Counted from the first letter of the stretch, positions 10,089 through 19,056 are shown. The stretch: DNA of 64,000 nucleotides from Spirochaetia bacterium (GCA_963677595.1 OY782041.1:2752001-2816000), one strand, 5' to 3'. A program made the numbers and translations. The notes: generated by a model not told the origin, from the letters alone.

Positions 10089-10221
10089 AATTCATTTGGA
10101 TAAAAGGATTCCCTTGTCTCAGCATAGAATCCCCACCCAACAGCATCATTGAATGTAGAACCTGTTTTCCTAGCCAAACAAAAGGGTTACCTGATCCCCT
10201 GACCAGGACAGGGAGGGATGA

Positions 10222-10551
10222 TTACCTTGGAGACACCTTGGAGAAGACAGGTCTAGCGTAGAGGAGCTTACCGACTCTCTCGATATGATCGATAAGCGCT
10301 CGGTTCTGCAGCGTTTCGAGCTGGCATATATCTACCTGGTAGGGGAGGTCAAGTTCCTCAACAGCAGCCTTGAGCGAGACGATCGTCTCGAACGTGAGAT
10401 CTTCACCTGTCAAGGCTATGTCTATATCGGAACCATTCGTATTGGTTCCTATGGCCCTCGATCCATACAAGATAACGGTATCGATCTCAGGGAACTGTGA
10501 GAAAGTTTCCTGAAGCAGTTCCCATAGGGTAGCCTTGGGATCTGGGCTCAT
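10222..10551 (-). CDS. MNT nucleotidyltransferase (HI0073/MntA-like antitoxin)
   Basis: VILYGSRAIG..GSDIDIAL, LPYQVDI and HIERVG. Confidence 0.9.
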   Translation of the reverse strand: MSPDPKATLWELLQETFSQFPEIDTVILYGSRAIGTNTNGSDIDIALTGEDLTFETIVSLKAAVEELDLPYQVDICQLETLQNRALIDHIERVGKLLYARPVFSKVSPR

Positions 10552-10964
10552 GCCTCCTCCTTACGGAAGTGTTCCATGGTGCCTGAGAATGTAACGAACA
10601 GGTCAAGGTAGACATCAGAGATCAGCTCAAGCACATTGGTCATGGTAGACTCATCATAGGTATGGGTACAGAGGTTCCTGGTCTGGATCATCTTCATCCA
10701 CGGTTCCCCGTCTGTCACAAGATTCAGCCTGAACGCTTCCCGTATGGCATCCCGTGACCCATAGAGGTCAGAGACCCCTCTGGCCTGGAGGAAGTCCTTC
10801 ATGACCTTCCAGGAGAGCTCATAGGTCAACTCGAACAACCTGATCATGCCAAGTCGTTCCAAAACAGACAACTTGCGGGAATTCGATGACCCGTGGGCTT
10901 CTTTCAGACTTTCCAGTGCACGTTTGAAATTACCATAACGCTGAACCCATCGTATATCCGTCAT
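10548..10964 (-). CDS. HI0074-family HEPN protein (nucleotidyltransferase substrate-binding / HepT-like toxin)
   Basis: DIRWVQR, FELTYELSWK and an Rx4H motif RNLCTHTYDE; ATGA overlap with the MNT gene. Confidence 0.88.
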   Translation of the reverse strand: MTDIRWVQRYGNFKRALESLKEAHGSSNSRKLSVLERLGMIRLFELTYELSWKVMKDFLQARGVSDLYGSRDAIREAFRLNLVTDGEPWMKMIQTRNLCTHTYDESTMTNVLELISDVYLDLFVTFSGTMEHFRKEEA

Positions 10965-11003
10965 ATACAGTTCCCTTTACCTGATCATACCATAGATTGA
11001 CCC

Positions 11004-11318
11004 TTATTCAAACGTGATGCTCATATCGGTCGGCAGGGCAAGGCCGGCTGCCACCTCGGTCGCCCTGAGGATGCCTGAGAAGACCGGGCAGGAGGGGTGG
11101 GGACACCCCTTCATCATGACCTGGAATACTTCAGGTCCCCCCTCGGACTGGAAGGCCATCTCCCGGAACGGGTCGAGGCTCTCCAGCTCTCCTGCCATCT
11201 TCGTTATATGTGCACATTCGCTCTCTATGGTGAGATGGACCCGGAAGTCATCTCCCATCTTCGTCTCTACGGTCGTGGTGAAGTTGCAGTTCCCTGCGAA
11301 GATCGTCGCTTTTGCCAT
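11004..11318 (-). CDS. Small conserved Cys-containing hypothetical protein (DUF6951-like)
   Basis: MAKATIFAGNCNF...ESECAHI...CPHPSCPVFSGILRATEVAAGLALP; SD GGGAG. The family call is from memory. Confidence 0.7.
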   Translation of the reverse strand: MAKATIFAGNCNFTTTVETKMGDDFRVHLTIESECAHITKMAGELESLDPFREMAFQSEGGPEVFQVMMKGCPHPSCPVFSGILRATEVAAGLALPTDMSITFE

Positions 11319-11331
11319 GGTAGTGGTCTCC

Positions 11332-12774
11332 CTACAGTCTTTGAGAATTCCTGAGTAATTCAATATAGAATATAATACCTTTCTCGATATTTTCAAGGGA
11401 GATCCTCTCATTGTAGCTGTGCATCCTCCCGAGCTCCTCTGACGGGAGCTGGTAGGGGCCGAACCGGTAGACCTTGTCCGAGACCTCCTCGTACTTCCTG
11501 GCATCAGAGCCTCCCACCATGAGGTAGGGGGAGACGACCGCCTCGGTGAAGACCGAGGCGACAGTGTCAGCGATGAGGGTGAACTCGGGACAGTTTACGG
11601 GGGAGAGGTTTGATGGGTTCTCGGCCCTGACCGGGGTGATGGTCACCTCTTCGTCAGCTATGGTCTTCCTCAGGTACTCGACCGTCCTCTCGACCGTGTC
11701 GCCATGGAGCTGCCTGATGTTGAGCATGACCGATGCCTCGGTCGGCAGGACGTTGGCGGCATCGCTCCCCTTTGCCATCGTGGCCGCGATCGTCGTCCGG
11801 ATCATGGCGTTGCTCGCATGGTTGTTGGTCATGACGGAGAGGAAGAGCGGCTTGAAGAGCCAGAGGTTGGAGAGGATGATCCGGTTGGTCAGTGACATAT
11901 GGGGGCCGAGGGAGGCGAACATGGCCTTTGGGGCGAACTCCAGGCGGGTAGGCATCGGGTGCTTCTGTACTCGGGTAACGGCTGCAGCGACCCGGCTGAG
12001 TGCCGTATGGGGCATCGGCATGGAGGAGTGCCCTCCCGGGGAGGTGCTCTCCAGCTTCACGTCGAGATATCCCTTCTCCCCGATGCCGATCGTGGCGATC
12101 GGTTTGTCGATGCCGGAGATCATCCCTTCGGAGACGGCACCGCCCTCATCGAGGACATAGGCGAACCGCATGCCGCGCTCCTTGAAGAGCTCCACGGCTG
12201 CGCCGGCGCCGGCGTAGCCGCCGACCTCCTCATCGTGACCGAAGCAGAGATGGATCGAACGTGAAGGGTTGAACCCCTCAGAGAGGAGGTGCTCGACCGC
12301 CTCGAGGATCCCGATGATCTGGATCTTCACATCCAGTGTCCCGCGTCCCCAGACATAGGTGTCGTCGATGAATCCTTCGAAGGGACCGTGTTCCCAGCCA
12401 GAGAGCTCTCCAGGGGGGACGACGTCCTGGTGGGCAAGCAGGAGGACCGGCTCCTTCTGAGGATCCGATCCCTTCCAGGTATAGTGGAGGGTATGGACCC
12501 CGATCTTCTCGAGGGAGAGTTCTTCATGGACCTTCGGGTAGGTCTCTTTGAGCCACTCCTGAAAGGCCTCGAAGGCATCCCAGTCGACTCCTTCCCCATG
12601 AGGGTACGAGATCGTCTGGAAGGAGACCGCCCGTGCCAGGTGTTCTGCCCCGCTGTTCTTCGGCGGGGTGAGAGGTTCTGCGGCTGCCTTCACGGCAGGC
12701 TTGAACCGGATGGTCCTGATGGTGATGATCCCTACCAGGACCAGGATGAGCGCGATGATGATGATCCACAGCAT
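11332..12774 (-). CDS. M20 family peptidase / N-acyl amino acid hydrolase (PM20D1/CPS1-like), N-terminal membrane anchor
   Basis: AHQDVVP, WGRGTLDVK, GHDEEVGG, DEGG and MHSYNE. Confidence 0.92.
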   Translation of the reverse strand: MLWIIIIALILVLVGIITIRTIRFKPAVKAAAEPLTPPKNSGAEHLARAVSFQTISYPHGEGVDWDAFEAFQEWLKETYPKVHEELSLEKIGVHTLHYTWKGSDPQKEPVLLLAHQDVVPPGELSGWEHGPFEGFIDDTYVWGRGTLDVKIQIIGILEAVEHLLSEGFNPSRSIHLCFGHDEEVGGYAGAGAAVELFKERGMRFAYVLDEGGAVSEGMISGIDKPIATIGIGEKGYLDVKLESTSPGGHSSMPMPHTALSRVAAAVTRVQKHPMPTRLEFAPKAMFASLGPHMSLTNRIILSNLWLFKPLFLSVMTNNHASNAMIRTTIAATMAKGSDAANVLPTEASVMLNIRQLHGDTVERTVEYLRKTIADEEVTITPVRAENPSNLSPVNCPEFTLIADTVASVFTEAVVSPYLMVGGSDARKYEEVSDKVYRFGPYQLPSEELGRMHSYNERISLENIEKGIIFYIELLRNSQRL

Positions 12775-12783
12775 GAGAGCCTC

Positions 12784-14211
12784 CTAATAGCCGATCCCCA
12801 CTGCCAGCAGCAGGAAGAGGATCGAGACAGCGAAGATGATGAGTTCGATCTTCCAGATGAACCTGAACCACCTGCCGTAGCTGATGCCCGTGATCGAGAG
12901 ACAGATGAGCAGCAGGGCGTTGGTGGGGTAGAATATGTTCGAGAAACCGTCCCCGAAGACGAAGGCGAGGATCGCCGTCTGTCGGGAGAGCCCGACCAGG
13001 TCAGCCAGCGGGGTGATGATCGGTATGATCAGGAATGCCTTGGCAGAACCTGATGAGATGAAGAAGTTGAGCACGAGCACGAGCAGGTAGATCATCAGCA
13101 CAGCAGTCAACGGACCGGAGCCTGAGATCTTCGTCGATGCGACATAGAGGATCGTGTCCATGATCCCCGCCTGTGCCATGATGTACTTGATGCTCGATGC
13201 CATCAGCACCAGGACGGCACCGGGAAGGACGTTGAGGATGCCTTCACCCATATAGGAGCCGAGCTGCCTGGCTCCCATGCCGGAGATGATCCCTGAGCCG
13301 AGGCCCGCGATGAGGAAGAAGAGCATGACCACGACGAGCACCAGGGAGGAGAGGGCCTCGATGTTCGAGGCGATGATGATCATGGCGACCATGATGATCA
13401 TGACCGTCACGAACCAGGTCACCGCCCGGCGCATCTTCGGGTTCGTCTCCCCCGATACCGCTAACGTCTCCTGCAGGGCAGCAGGGTCGATCGACTCGAT
13501 GCTGTTCGACCGTTTCGAGTGGTAGATGACATAACCGGTATAGAGGAGGTAGATGACGATGAAGATCACGATGCGGTAGGGGGCTCCCGAGAAGAGCGGC
13601 ACATCGGCGATCTTCTGCGCCACCCCGACGGTGAAGGGGTTCGAGATCGCCGATGCAAACCCGAAGGCTATAGCCCCAAGACTCAATCCCAGGCCGGTGA
13701 GGGAGTCCCAGCCCATCGACCTGGCAAGCAGGACGAGGATCGGCACGAGGACGATCACCTCCTCCATGCTGCCGAGGATAGAGCCGAAGAGCATGAAGAT
13801 GAGGATGATGGAAGCCTCCATCAGGAACCGCTTCTCGGAGAACCTCCCCACGATGGAGATGATGATGTAGGAGAGGATGTCCCCCTTGTTCATGACGTGC
13901 ATGGCGCCGGCGATGAGGCACATGAAGAGGATGATGCTGATGATCGTCACGGCATCAGGTCCCCAGAGGACCTCGACCGGGGCGGTGAACCATCGCCAGA
14001 CGGGGACCGGTTCGGACTCGGTATAGGCGAACGAGCCCTCGACGACTTCTGCCCGTCCGCCGGTCTCGATCCGTTCATACGAACCGGACGGGATCGCCCG
14101 GGAGAGGACTCCCGTGAGGATGATCAGGACCAGGAGGATCGAGGCGGCAAGCGCAAGGGAGCGCAGGCCGATCTTCAGCTCGATCGAAGGCTGCTGTTCT
14201 TTCGTGTTCAT
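12784..14211 (-). CDS. YfcC/ArcD-like C4-dicarboxylate or basic amino acid transporter
   Basis: IPSGSYER, NPFTVGVAQKIA, FFISSGSAKA and FGDGFSN motifs; about 12 TMs. Confidence 0.85.
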   Translation of the reverse strand: MNTKEQQPSIELKIGLRSLALAASILLVLIILTGVLSRAIPSGSYERIETGGRAEVVEGSFAYTESEPVPVWRWFTAPVEVLWGPDAVTIISIILFMCLIAGAMHVMNKGDILSYIIISIVGRFSEKRFLMEASIILIFMLFGSILGSMEEVIVLVPILVLLARSMGWDSLTGLGLSLGAIAFGFASAISNPFTVGVAQKIADVPLFSGAPYRIVIFIVIYLLYTGYVIYHSKRSNSIESIDPAALQETLAVSGETNPKMRRAVTWFVTVMIIMVAMIIIASNIEALSSLVLVVVMLFFLIAGLGSGIISGMGARQLGSYMGEGILNVLPGAVLVLMASSIKYIMAQAGIMDTILYVASTKISGSGPLTAVLMIYLLVLVLNFFISSGSAKAFLIIPIITPLADLVGLSRQTAILAFVFGDGFSNIFYPTNALLLICLSITGISYGRWFRFIWKIELIIFAVSILFLLLAVGIGY

Positions 14212-14247
14212 GGCACACAGTATAGCACGGAATGCCTCACGTGCGTA

Positions 14248-15594
14248 CTAGGTATTCCAGCTTCTCCCGTCGGCCTCTATGAGCTTCTGTGCCGCAATGG
14301 GCATCGTATGGTCGGGGTAGGTCTCGACGACGTTCCCGCTCAAGGTCGGGGTGATGATCCGCCAGGCCTCGCTGATCTCCTCGAAGAAGGGGAAGAGCGA
14401 CTTGTCCGACTGGAGGATCTTCTCCACGATCTGCTCATAGGCTTCGGGGGTGTTTGCCCGGAAGGTCTTCGCATGGTCGAAGTTGAACCTGACCGGCTGG
14501 GTCTCCCACTTCCTGTTGGGAACCTTCATGTTCAGCGTGATGTCGATCGTCATCTCCGGGTTCGTGGTGATGATCACCGAGTTCCCCGACAGCCCGGCAT
14601 CATCCATAACACGGCCCATGGTGTTCTTGAAGTTGACGAAGATCTGGGAGCGCGCCTCCTTCTGCATCTTCCCGGTACGCACGTAGATGGGGACCCCGGC
14701 GAACTCGTAGGTGTCGACATAGAACTTCAAGGCGGTGTAGGTCGGGGTAGCCTTGTGCCCCTCCTGCTTCTTCGCCAGACTCTCGTACCTGCAGAGCGAG
14801 AAATCCTCGACGGGCTTCATGGCCCGGAGTACCCTCGTCTTCTCATGGGAGATCTCCTCGGGAGTGAACTGGGAGGGTTCGGACATCGTCAGGTGGGTGA
14901 TGATCTGCAGGATGTGGTTCTGGACCGTGTCCCGGACGACCCCGATCTGCTCATAGAAGCCGAGACGCTGGTCCACCCCAAGCGTCTCATCGAAGATGAT
15001 CTGGATATTGTCGATGAAGTGGTTGTTCCAGATGCCCCGTATGATGTCATTGTGGAACCGCATGATCAGGAGGTTCTGCATGAACTCTTTCCCCAGGTAG
15101 TGGTCTACCCGGTAGATCTCCTTATCGTCGAAGACCTGGGTCAGGATGTTGTTGTAGACCCCGGCACTCTCACGGTTGAACCCGAAGGGCTTCTCCACGA
15201 CGATCTTCTTGTGGATGCTGCAGTGTACCCCTTCATTGACCCTCTGGATCTGCTTGATCGCCGTCTCGTAGAGGGTAGGCTGTAAGGCGATGTAGTAGAT
15301 GAGCTCGGAATCGCAGTCAGGAGTGATCCTGCTGTTGATCTCATCGATGAGGCCCCGTTCGCAGTCCTCGGCCTTCATGTCATAGTGAAGGTAGGATACC
15401 CGCGAGGTGAACTCCTCGCTCACCGTCGGGATGACCTCGTTCATGAAGTCGGAAGCCTCGGTATACCGCCGCCCGAGGGCTATCAGGTGGAAGTCATAGC
15501 CCTTCTTCAATAGGTTGATATAAGCGGGGATGAGTTTCTTGCGGAACAGGTCCCCCGTCCCGCCGAACTGTATGATGATCTGCTTCATCTTCAT
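14248..15594 (-). CDS. zwf: Glucose-6-phosphate 1-dehydrogenase
   Basis: GGTGDL, EKPFG, YRVDHYLGKE, RDTVQNH and GVPIYVRTGK. Confidence 0.96.
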   Translation of the reverse strand: MKMKQIIIQFGGTGDLFRKKLIPAYINLLKKGYDFHLIALGRRYTEASDFMNEVIPTVSEEFTSRVSYLHYDMKAEDCERGLIDEINSRITPDCDSELIYYIALQPTLYETAIKQIQRVNEGVHCSIHKKIVVEKPFGFNRESAGVYNNILTQVFDDKEIYRVDHYLGKEFMQNLLIMRFHNDIIRGIWNNHFIDNIQIIFDETLGVDQRLGFYEQIGVVRDTVQNHILQIITHLTMSEPSQFTPEEISHEKTRVLRAMKPVEDFSLCRYESLAKKQEGHKATPTYTALKFYVDTYEFAGVPIYVRTGKMQKEARSQIFVNFKNTMGRVMDDAGLSGNSVIITTNPEMTIDITLNMKVPNRKWETQPVRFNFDHAKTFRANTPEAYEQIVEKILQSDKSLFPFFEEISEAWRIITPTLSGNVVETYPDHTMPIAAQKLIEADGRSWNT

Positions 15595-16232
15595 GTGTGT
15601 ACCTCCTGCAGGTCTGTGATGACCGTGACGCTGTTCATGGTATCGCGGAAGAACGCTGACGGGAGGGCATAGGGAGACTCCCCGGTCATGAACCGCCTCA
15701 AAGCATCGCGTTTTGCCTCCCCGAGGAAGAGCAGGAGATACTCAGCATCCCCAGCCAGCTCCCTGAACCCCCGGTAGGTGATCGTCACCCGGCGTTTCGG
15801 CGGCTTCGGTGAATTCGAGATCTCAGTTCTTGCCGGGGTATCATCCCGGTCAAGGTGGGGGAAGGATCTTGGGAAGAGTGAGGCGACGTGGCCGTCCTCC
15901 CCGACCCCGAGGAAGACCAGCTGCATGGGTGCAGGCCCGGTAAGGACCTGACTCGATGAGAACCTCCCTGCGGCGATCAGGTCCGCCAGGCCTGACTCCA
16001 TGATCCCATCAATATTCTTCTCTCCCTCGAGCCGCTCATCGACGAGCAGCAGCCTGATGCGGCTCAGCTGCCCATCCCCAATGGAGGCAAGTGCCGTGAT
16101 GATGTGCTTCACCGACCTCCCGCCGGGGATCCCGATGGTGATGGTCCCCCGTGCCCCGAGAGCCTTCATGATATGTTCCCGGATGGTATCGACCAGCTGG
16201 CCGGTACTCTCCTGATACTGGACTTCAAACAT
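15591..16232 (-). CDS. pgl: 6-phosphogluconolactonase
   Basis: PGGRS, VDER, LGVGEDGHVASLFP and SPKPPKRRVT; coupled to zwf. Confidence 0.88.
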   Translation of the reverse strand: MFEVQYQESTGQLVDTIREHIMKALGARGTITIGIPGGRSVKHIITALASIGDGQLSRIRLLLVDERLEGEKNIDGIMESGLADLIAAGRFSSSQVLTGPAPMQLVFLGVGEDGHVASLFPRSFPHLDRDDTPARTEISNSPKPPKRRVTITYRGFRELAGDAEYLLLFLGEAKRDALRRFMTGESPYALPSAFFRDTMNSVTVITDLQEVHT

Positions 16233-16421
16233 CTTACTCCCCCCGTATGCTATAAACATACGATATCGGTCAGGCATTGTGAAGAGAAAAAGAACTATTC
16301 AGCGATGTTCTTCTCGCTCGGAGGGATACGCGCCGGGGAAGGATACCAATGTTCCTGCTGAACAGTTTACTTGCGAATCGTGCAGGCTTATACTGAGATT
16401 ACCTTGAAGAGGGAGGTCCCC

Positions 16422-16841
16422 GTGAAGAACCTGCGGTATCTGCTGGTACTCATCGCCATAGTGCTCGTCACCGGCTGTGCCACGTCTCATGAGGTGTATC
16501 TCGATCCCCATCTCAGCCTTGATGCCCGCGGGTCTGCGATCCCGGTCATGCTCAGCATGACAGATACGCCTGCCGACAGCCGTGAGGACACCTTCAAGAG
16601 CGGCAGGACCGAGAGTTTCCAGATCCTCAATATGGGGTACGTCACCATGACGATCAATGAGAGCTCGTATGTGGACGCTCCGCTGGGAGAACAACTGCAG
16701 GCGGTGTATGCTGCGGGACCGGAGTGTATCATGGTGCGGGAGCTGGAGATCCATGAGCAGGACCTCATCTCCTTCCTCATGGGGATGTTCATGAGCCAGA
16801 CCAGCCTGGTCATGACTACCGAATCCGGGGGCCTGCCGTGA
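16422..16841 (+). CDS. Hypothetical lipoprotein
   Basis: GTG after GGAGG; signal peptide KNLRYLLVLIAIVLVTG-C with lipobox. Confidence 0.75.
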   Translation: MKNLRYLLVLIAIVLVTGCATSHEVYLDPHLSLDARGSAIPVMLSMTDTPADSREDTFKSGRTESFQILNMGYVTMTINESSYVDAPLGEQLQAVYAAGPECIMVRELEIHEQDLISFLMGMFMSQTSLVMTTESGGLP

Positions 16842-17401
16842 GAAGCTACCTGCATACCCTGCTCGCGCTCCTCCTATCCCTGGTCATGCTGGCCTCCTGC
16901 GCCACCTTCGAACAGACCGTGTCGGTTCTCCCGATCGATGTCGGGTTTCCGGTATCGGCAAGCTCTGCATTCCTGGTGCAGGACCGCATCTACCAGACGG
17001 GAGCCTACCGCGTGATCGAGGAGTTCTCCTTCAGGTCTACGGTAGAGAGCCCGGTCAGGGGCATGGATACGCTGGATCTTGACTTGAGTGGCGAGTTGAG
17101 GAGGATCCTCGATGAGACCGGGGCCGATGCCCTCGTAGAGCTGAGGTTCCAGCTCGTCGAGGCGAACACGGCCCCCCTGTCATGGATGAGCATCGCCTCA
17201 TCGTTCGCGGTATTGGGTGCAGGCTGGCTCGGCTACGGCATCTACTACCAGCTCGCAGAAGACCCCGATATCCTGGCGTATACGATCTCAGGCGGGAGCA
17301 CAGCAGCCCTCGGTCTCGGGGCCTACGTTCTCCTCCAGGCGACCGGCAGGGTCGTCTATGTGTATGAGGTATCAGGGAAAGCTGTTCGTATTGAAGAGTA
17401 A
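16838..17401 (+). CDS. Hypothetical lipoprotein with C-terminal hydrophobic hairpin
   Basis: Lipobox MLAS-C and two Gly-rich TM segments; GTGA overlap with the upstream gene. Confidence 0.75.
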   Translation: MRSYLHTLLALLLSLVMLASCATFEQTVSVLPIDVGFPVSASSAFLVQDRIYQTGAYRVIEEFSFRSTVESPVRGMDTLDLDLSGELRRILDETGADALVELRFQLVEANTAPLSWMSIASSFAVLGAGWLGYGIYYQLAEDPDILAYTISGGSTAALGLGAYVLLQATGRVVYVYEVSGKAVRIEE

Positions 17402-17432
17402 CGGGAAACAGGTACAGATGATCTTTTCGGGC

Positions 17433-17504
17433 AAAAAAGTATGCCGAGTTGCCCCGGCATGTAGAGTTGGTTGAGTGCTTACCAAAGAGATATGTATCTT
17501 TGGT
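17433..17504 (-). ncRNA. Candidate small RNA (about 72 nt)
   Basis: Own promoter TTGACA-17-(TG)TATTTT; 5' hairpin ACCAAAGA/TCTTTGGT; C/A-rich linker; terminator ATGCCG...CGGCAT-ACTTTTTT; no credible ORF. Confidence 0.55.
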
Positions 17505-17510
17505 AGATTT

Positions 17511-17539
17511 AAAATAACATAACTATGCTTAAATGTCAA
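17511..17539 (-). promoter_or_regulatory. sigma70 promoter driving the candidate sRNA
   Basis: TTGACA (17539-17534), 17 bp, TG-T-TATTTT (17516-17511). Confidence 0.6.
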
Positions 17540-17625
17540 TATAAACAGTATCATAATATTTGTTAATAAAAATACCCGGCATCCTCCCTGTTTTTTCTGG
17601 ATATTTCTGACAAAATGGACTAAAG

Positions 17626-17642
17626 TGTTACTAATAGTAACA
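17626..17642. promoter_or_regulatory. Putative TetR operator
   Basis: Perfect palindrome TGTTACTA-A-TAGTAACA just upstream of the tetR SD. Confidence 0.6.
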
Positions 17643-17661
17643 GCCTAGAAAAGGAACCATC

Positions 17662-18264
17662 ATGCCCAAGATCATTGACCACGAAGAGCGAAAAGATGAG
17701 ATACTCACCACTGCTCTGAAGGTTTTCGCCCGGGAAGGGTACAAGGACAGCAATCTCTCCCTCATCGCACAGGAGTGCGGGCTCTCCCGGCCAACGATCT
17801 ACCAGTACTTCCATGACAAGGAAGAGATCTACTATTATGCGGTGAAGCTCGTCACCGGGGATATGTTCCGCAAGTATGCCGATATAGCCTGGAACTCGGC
17901 CGGTTCCATCTCGGAGAAGCTCAAGGCGATCTGCATCGACATCATCACCATGGGGTACCGGAACCAGAAGTCGCTCATGGCCCTGGTGGATGTCATGATC
18001 CTCCTGCGCAAGGAGGGGAAGAACTTCACCGACGTCATACTCAAGCGGACCGCCAAGCTCAACATCCTCCTCAAGCGGCTGCTGAGGCTCGGGATCGAGA
18101 GTGGGGAACTCAAGCCGCTTTCGGTGAACGATGTCACCGGGCACCTGATGACCCTGCTCGAGGCCTTCTGTTTCCAGATCGCCTTCCTCGACTCCTATAA
18201 CCCGAAGGCCTCGATCGATCTGCTCACACTCTTCGTTGACGGCCTGAAGCAGGACGCCGCATAA
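17662..18264 (+). CDS. TetR/AcrR family regulator
   Basis: MPKIIDHEERKDEIL...LSLIAQECGLSRPTIYQYF HTH. Confidence 0.92.
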   Translation: MPKIIDHEERKDEILTTALKVFAREGYKDSNLSLIAQECGLSRPTIYQYFHDKEEIYYYAVKLVTGDMFRKYADIAWNSAGSISEKLKAICIDIITMGYRNQKSLMALVDVMILLRKEGKNFTDVILKRTAKLNILLKRLLRLGIESGELKPLSVNDVTGHLMTLLEAFCFQIAFLDSYNPKASIDLLTLFVDGLKQDAA

Positions 18265-18318
18265 GGTTTCACCATATTCTCATAGAGCTCCTCACTGGTT
18301 TCGCTGTATACTGTGTGT

Positions 18319-19056
18319 ATGAACAGACGACAACGTATTCGTGGATGGATCATCTTTCTCTCATTCCTGCTCTTCCCCGTCACCCTCAACTTCCTCTCCC
18401 CCTACCTGATCGCCGCGGGGGCAGGTGAGGGGATCCTCTCAGGCAGCTCCCTGTTCTTCCTCGGGCTGCTTGGTACCTCCCTCTTCTTCGGCAGAGGCTG
18501 GTGCGGCTGGGTCTGCCCTGCAGCAGGCTGTCAGGAGGCAGCCTCCCGTCTCACGGGAATGACTCCCCCGAAGCGGGTCCGCACCTGGGTGCAGTTCCTC
18601 ATCTTCGGCCTATGGATGGCGGGAATCATCGCGCTCTTCATCTCAGCCGGAGGGATCATCGCCGCCGACCCGCTCTACATGAGCGATTCGGTCATCTCAG
18701 TGGATGCACCGGCGAAGTACATCGTCTATTACGGAGTGCTCCTCATCATCCTCCTGCTGAACAGGTTCATCGGGAGCAGGGGGTTCTGCCTCTACCTCTG
18801 CTGGATGGCACCTTTCATGATCTTTGGCAGGAAGATCAGGAACCTCACCCACCTGCCGGCACTGGTGCTGAAAGCTGAAAGGTCACTCTGTATTTCCTGT
18901 CGTAGATGTGATAGAGTATGTCCAATGGGACTCCCGGTCACCGACAGTGTCCAGCAGGGGAGGATGGAGCATCAGAACTGCATCCTCTGCGGTTCTTGTG
19001 CTGATACCTGTCCCAAAAACGTACTGAAACTCACATGGAGCAGAGATGAGTCATAA
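18319..19056 (+). CDS. Membrane 4Fe-4S binding protein (NapH/MauN/YccM-like)
   Basis: CGWVCP and FCLYLC membrane motifs plus two CxxCxxCxxxCP ferredoxin motifs. Confidence 0.88.
   Translation: MNRRQRIRGWIIFLSFLLFPVTLNFLSPYLIAAGAGEGILSGSSLFFLGLLGTSLFFGRGWCGWVCPAAGCQEAASRLTGMTPPKRVRTWVQFLIFGLWMAGIIALFISAGGIIAADPLYMSDSVISVDAPAKYIVYYGVLLIILLLNRFIGSRGFCLYLCWMAPFMIFGRKIRNLTHLPALVLKAERSLCISCRRCDRVCPMGLPVTDSVQQGRMEHQNCILCGSCADTCPKNVLKLTWSRDES

Noticed and set aside
11319-11504. N-terminal extensions in the ORF track (also 3888, 49460, 54370, 55713 and 55730)
   Set aside because: They overlap neighbouring genes or promoters; downstream starts have better SD or -10 context and match family N-termini
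13519-15285. 588-aa plus-strand ORF (and similar long antisense ORFs at 12289, 21194, 50837 and 62149)
   Set aside because: These are antisense shadows of well-supported genes; high GC3 codon bias removes stops; no SD or domain motifs
17372-17554. 60-aa minus-strand ORF over the sRNA region
   Set aside because: It starts upstream of the promoter, runs through a terminator, lacks a properly spaced SD and has atypical codons
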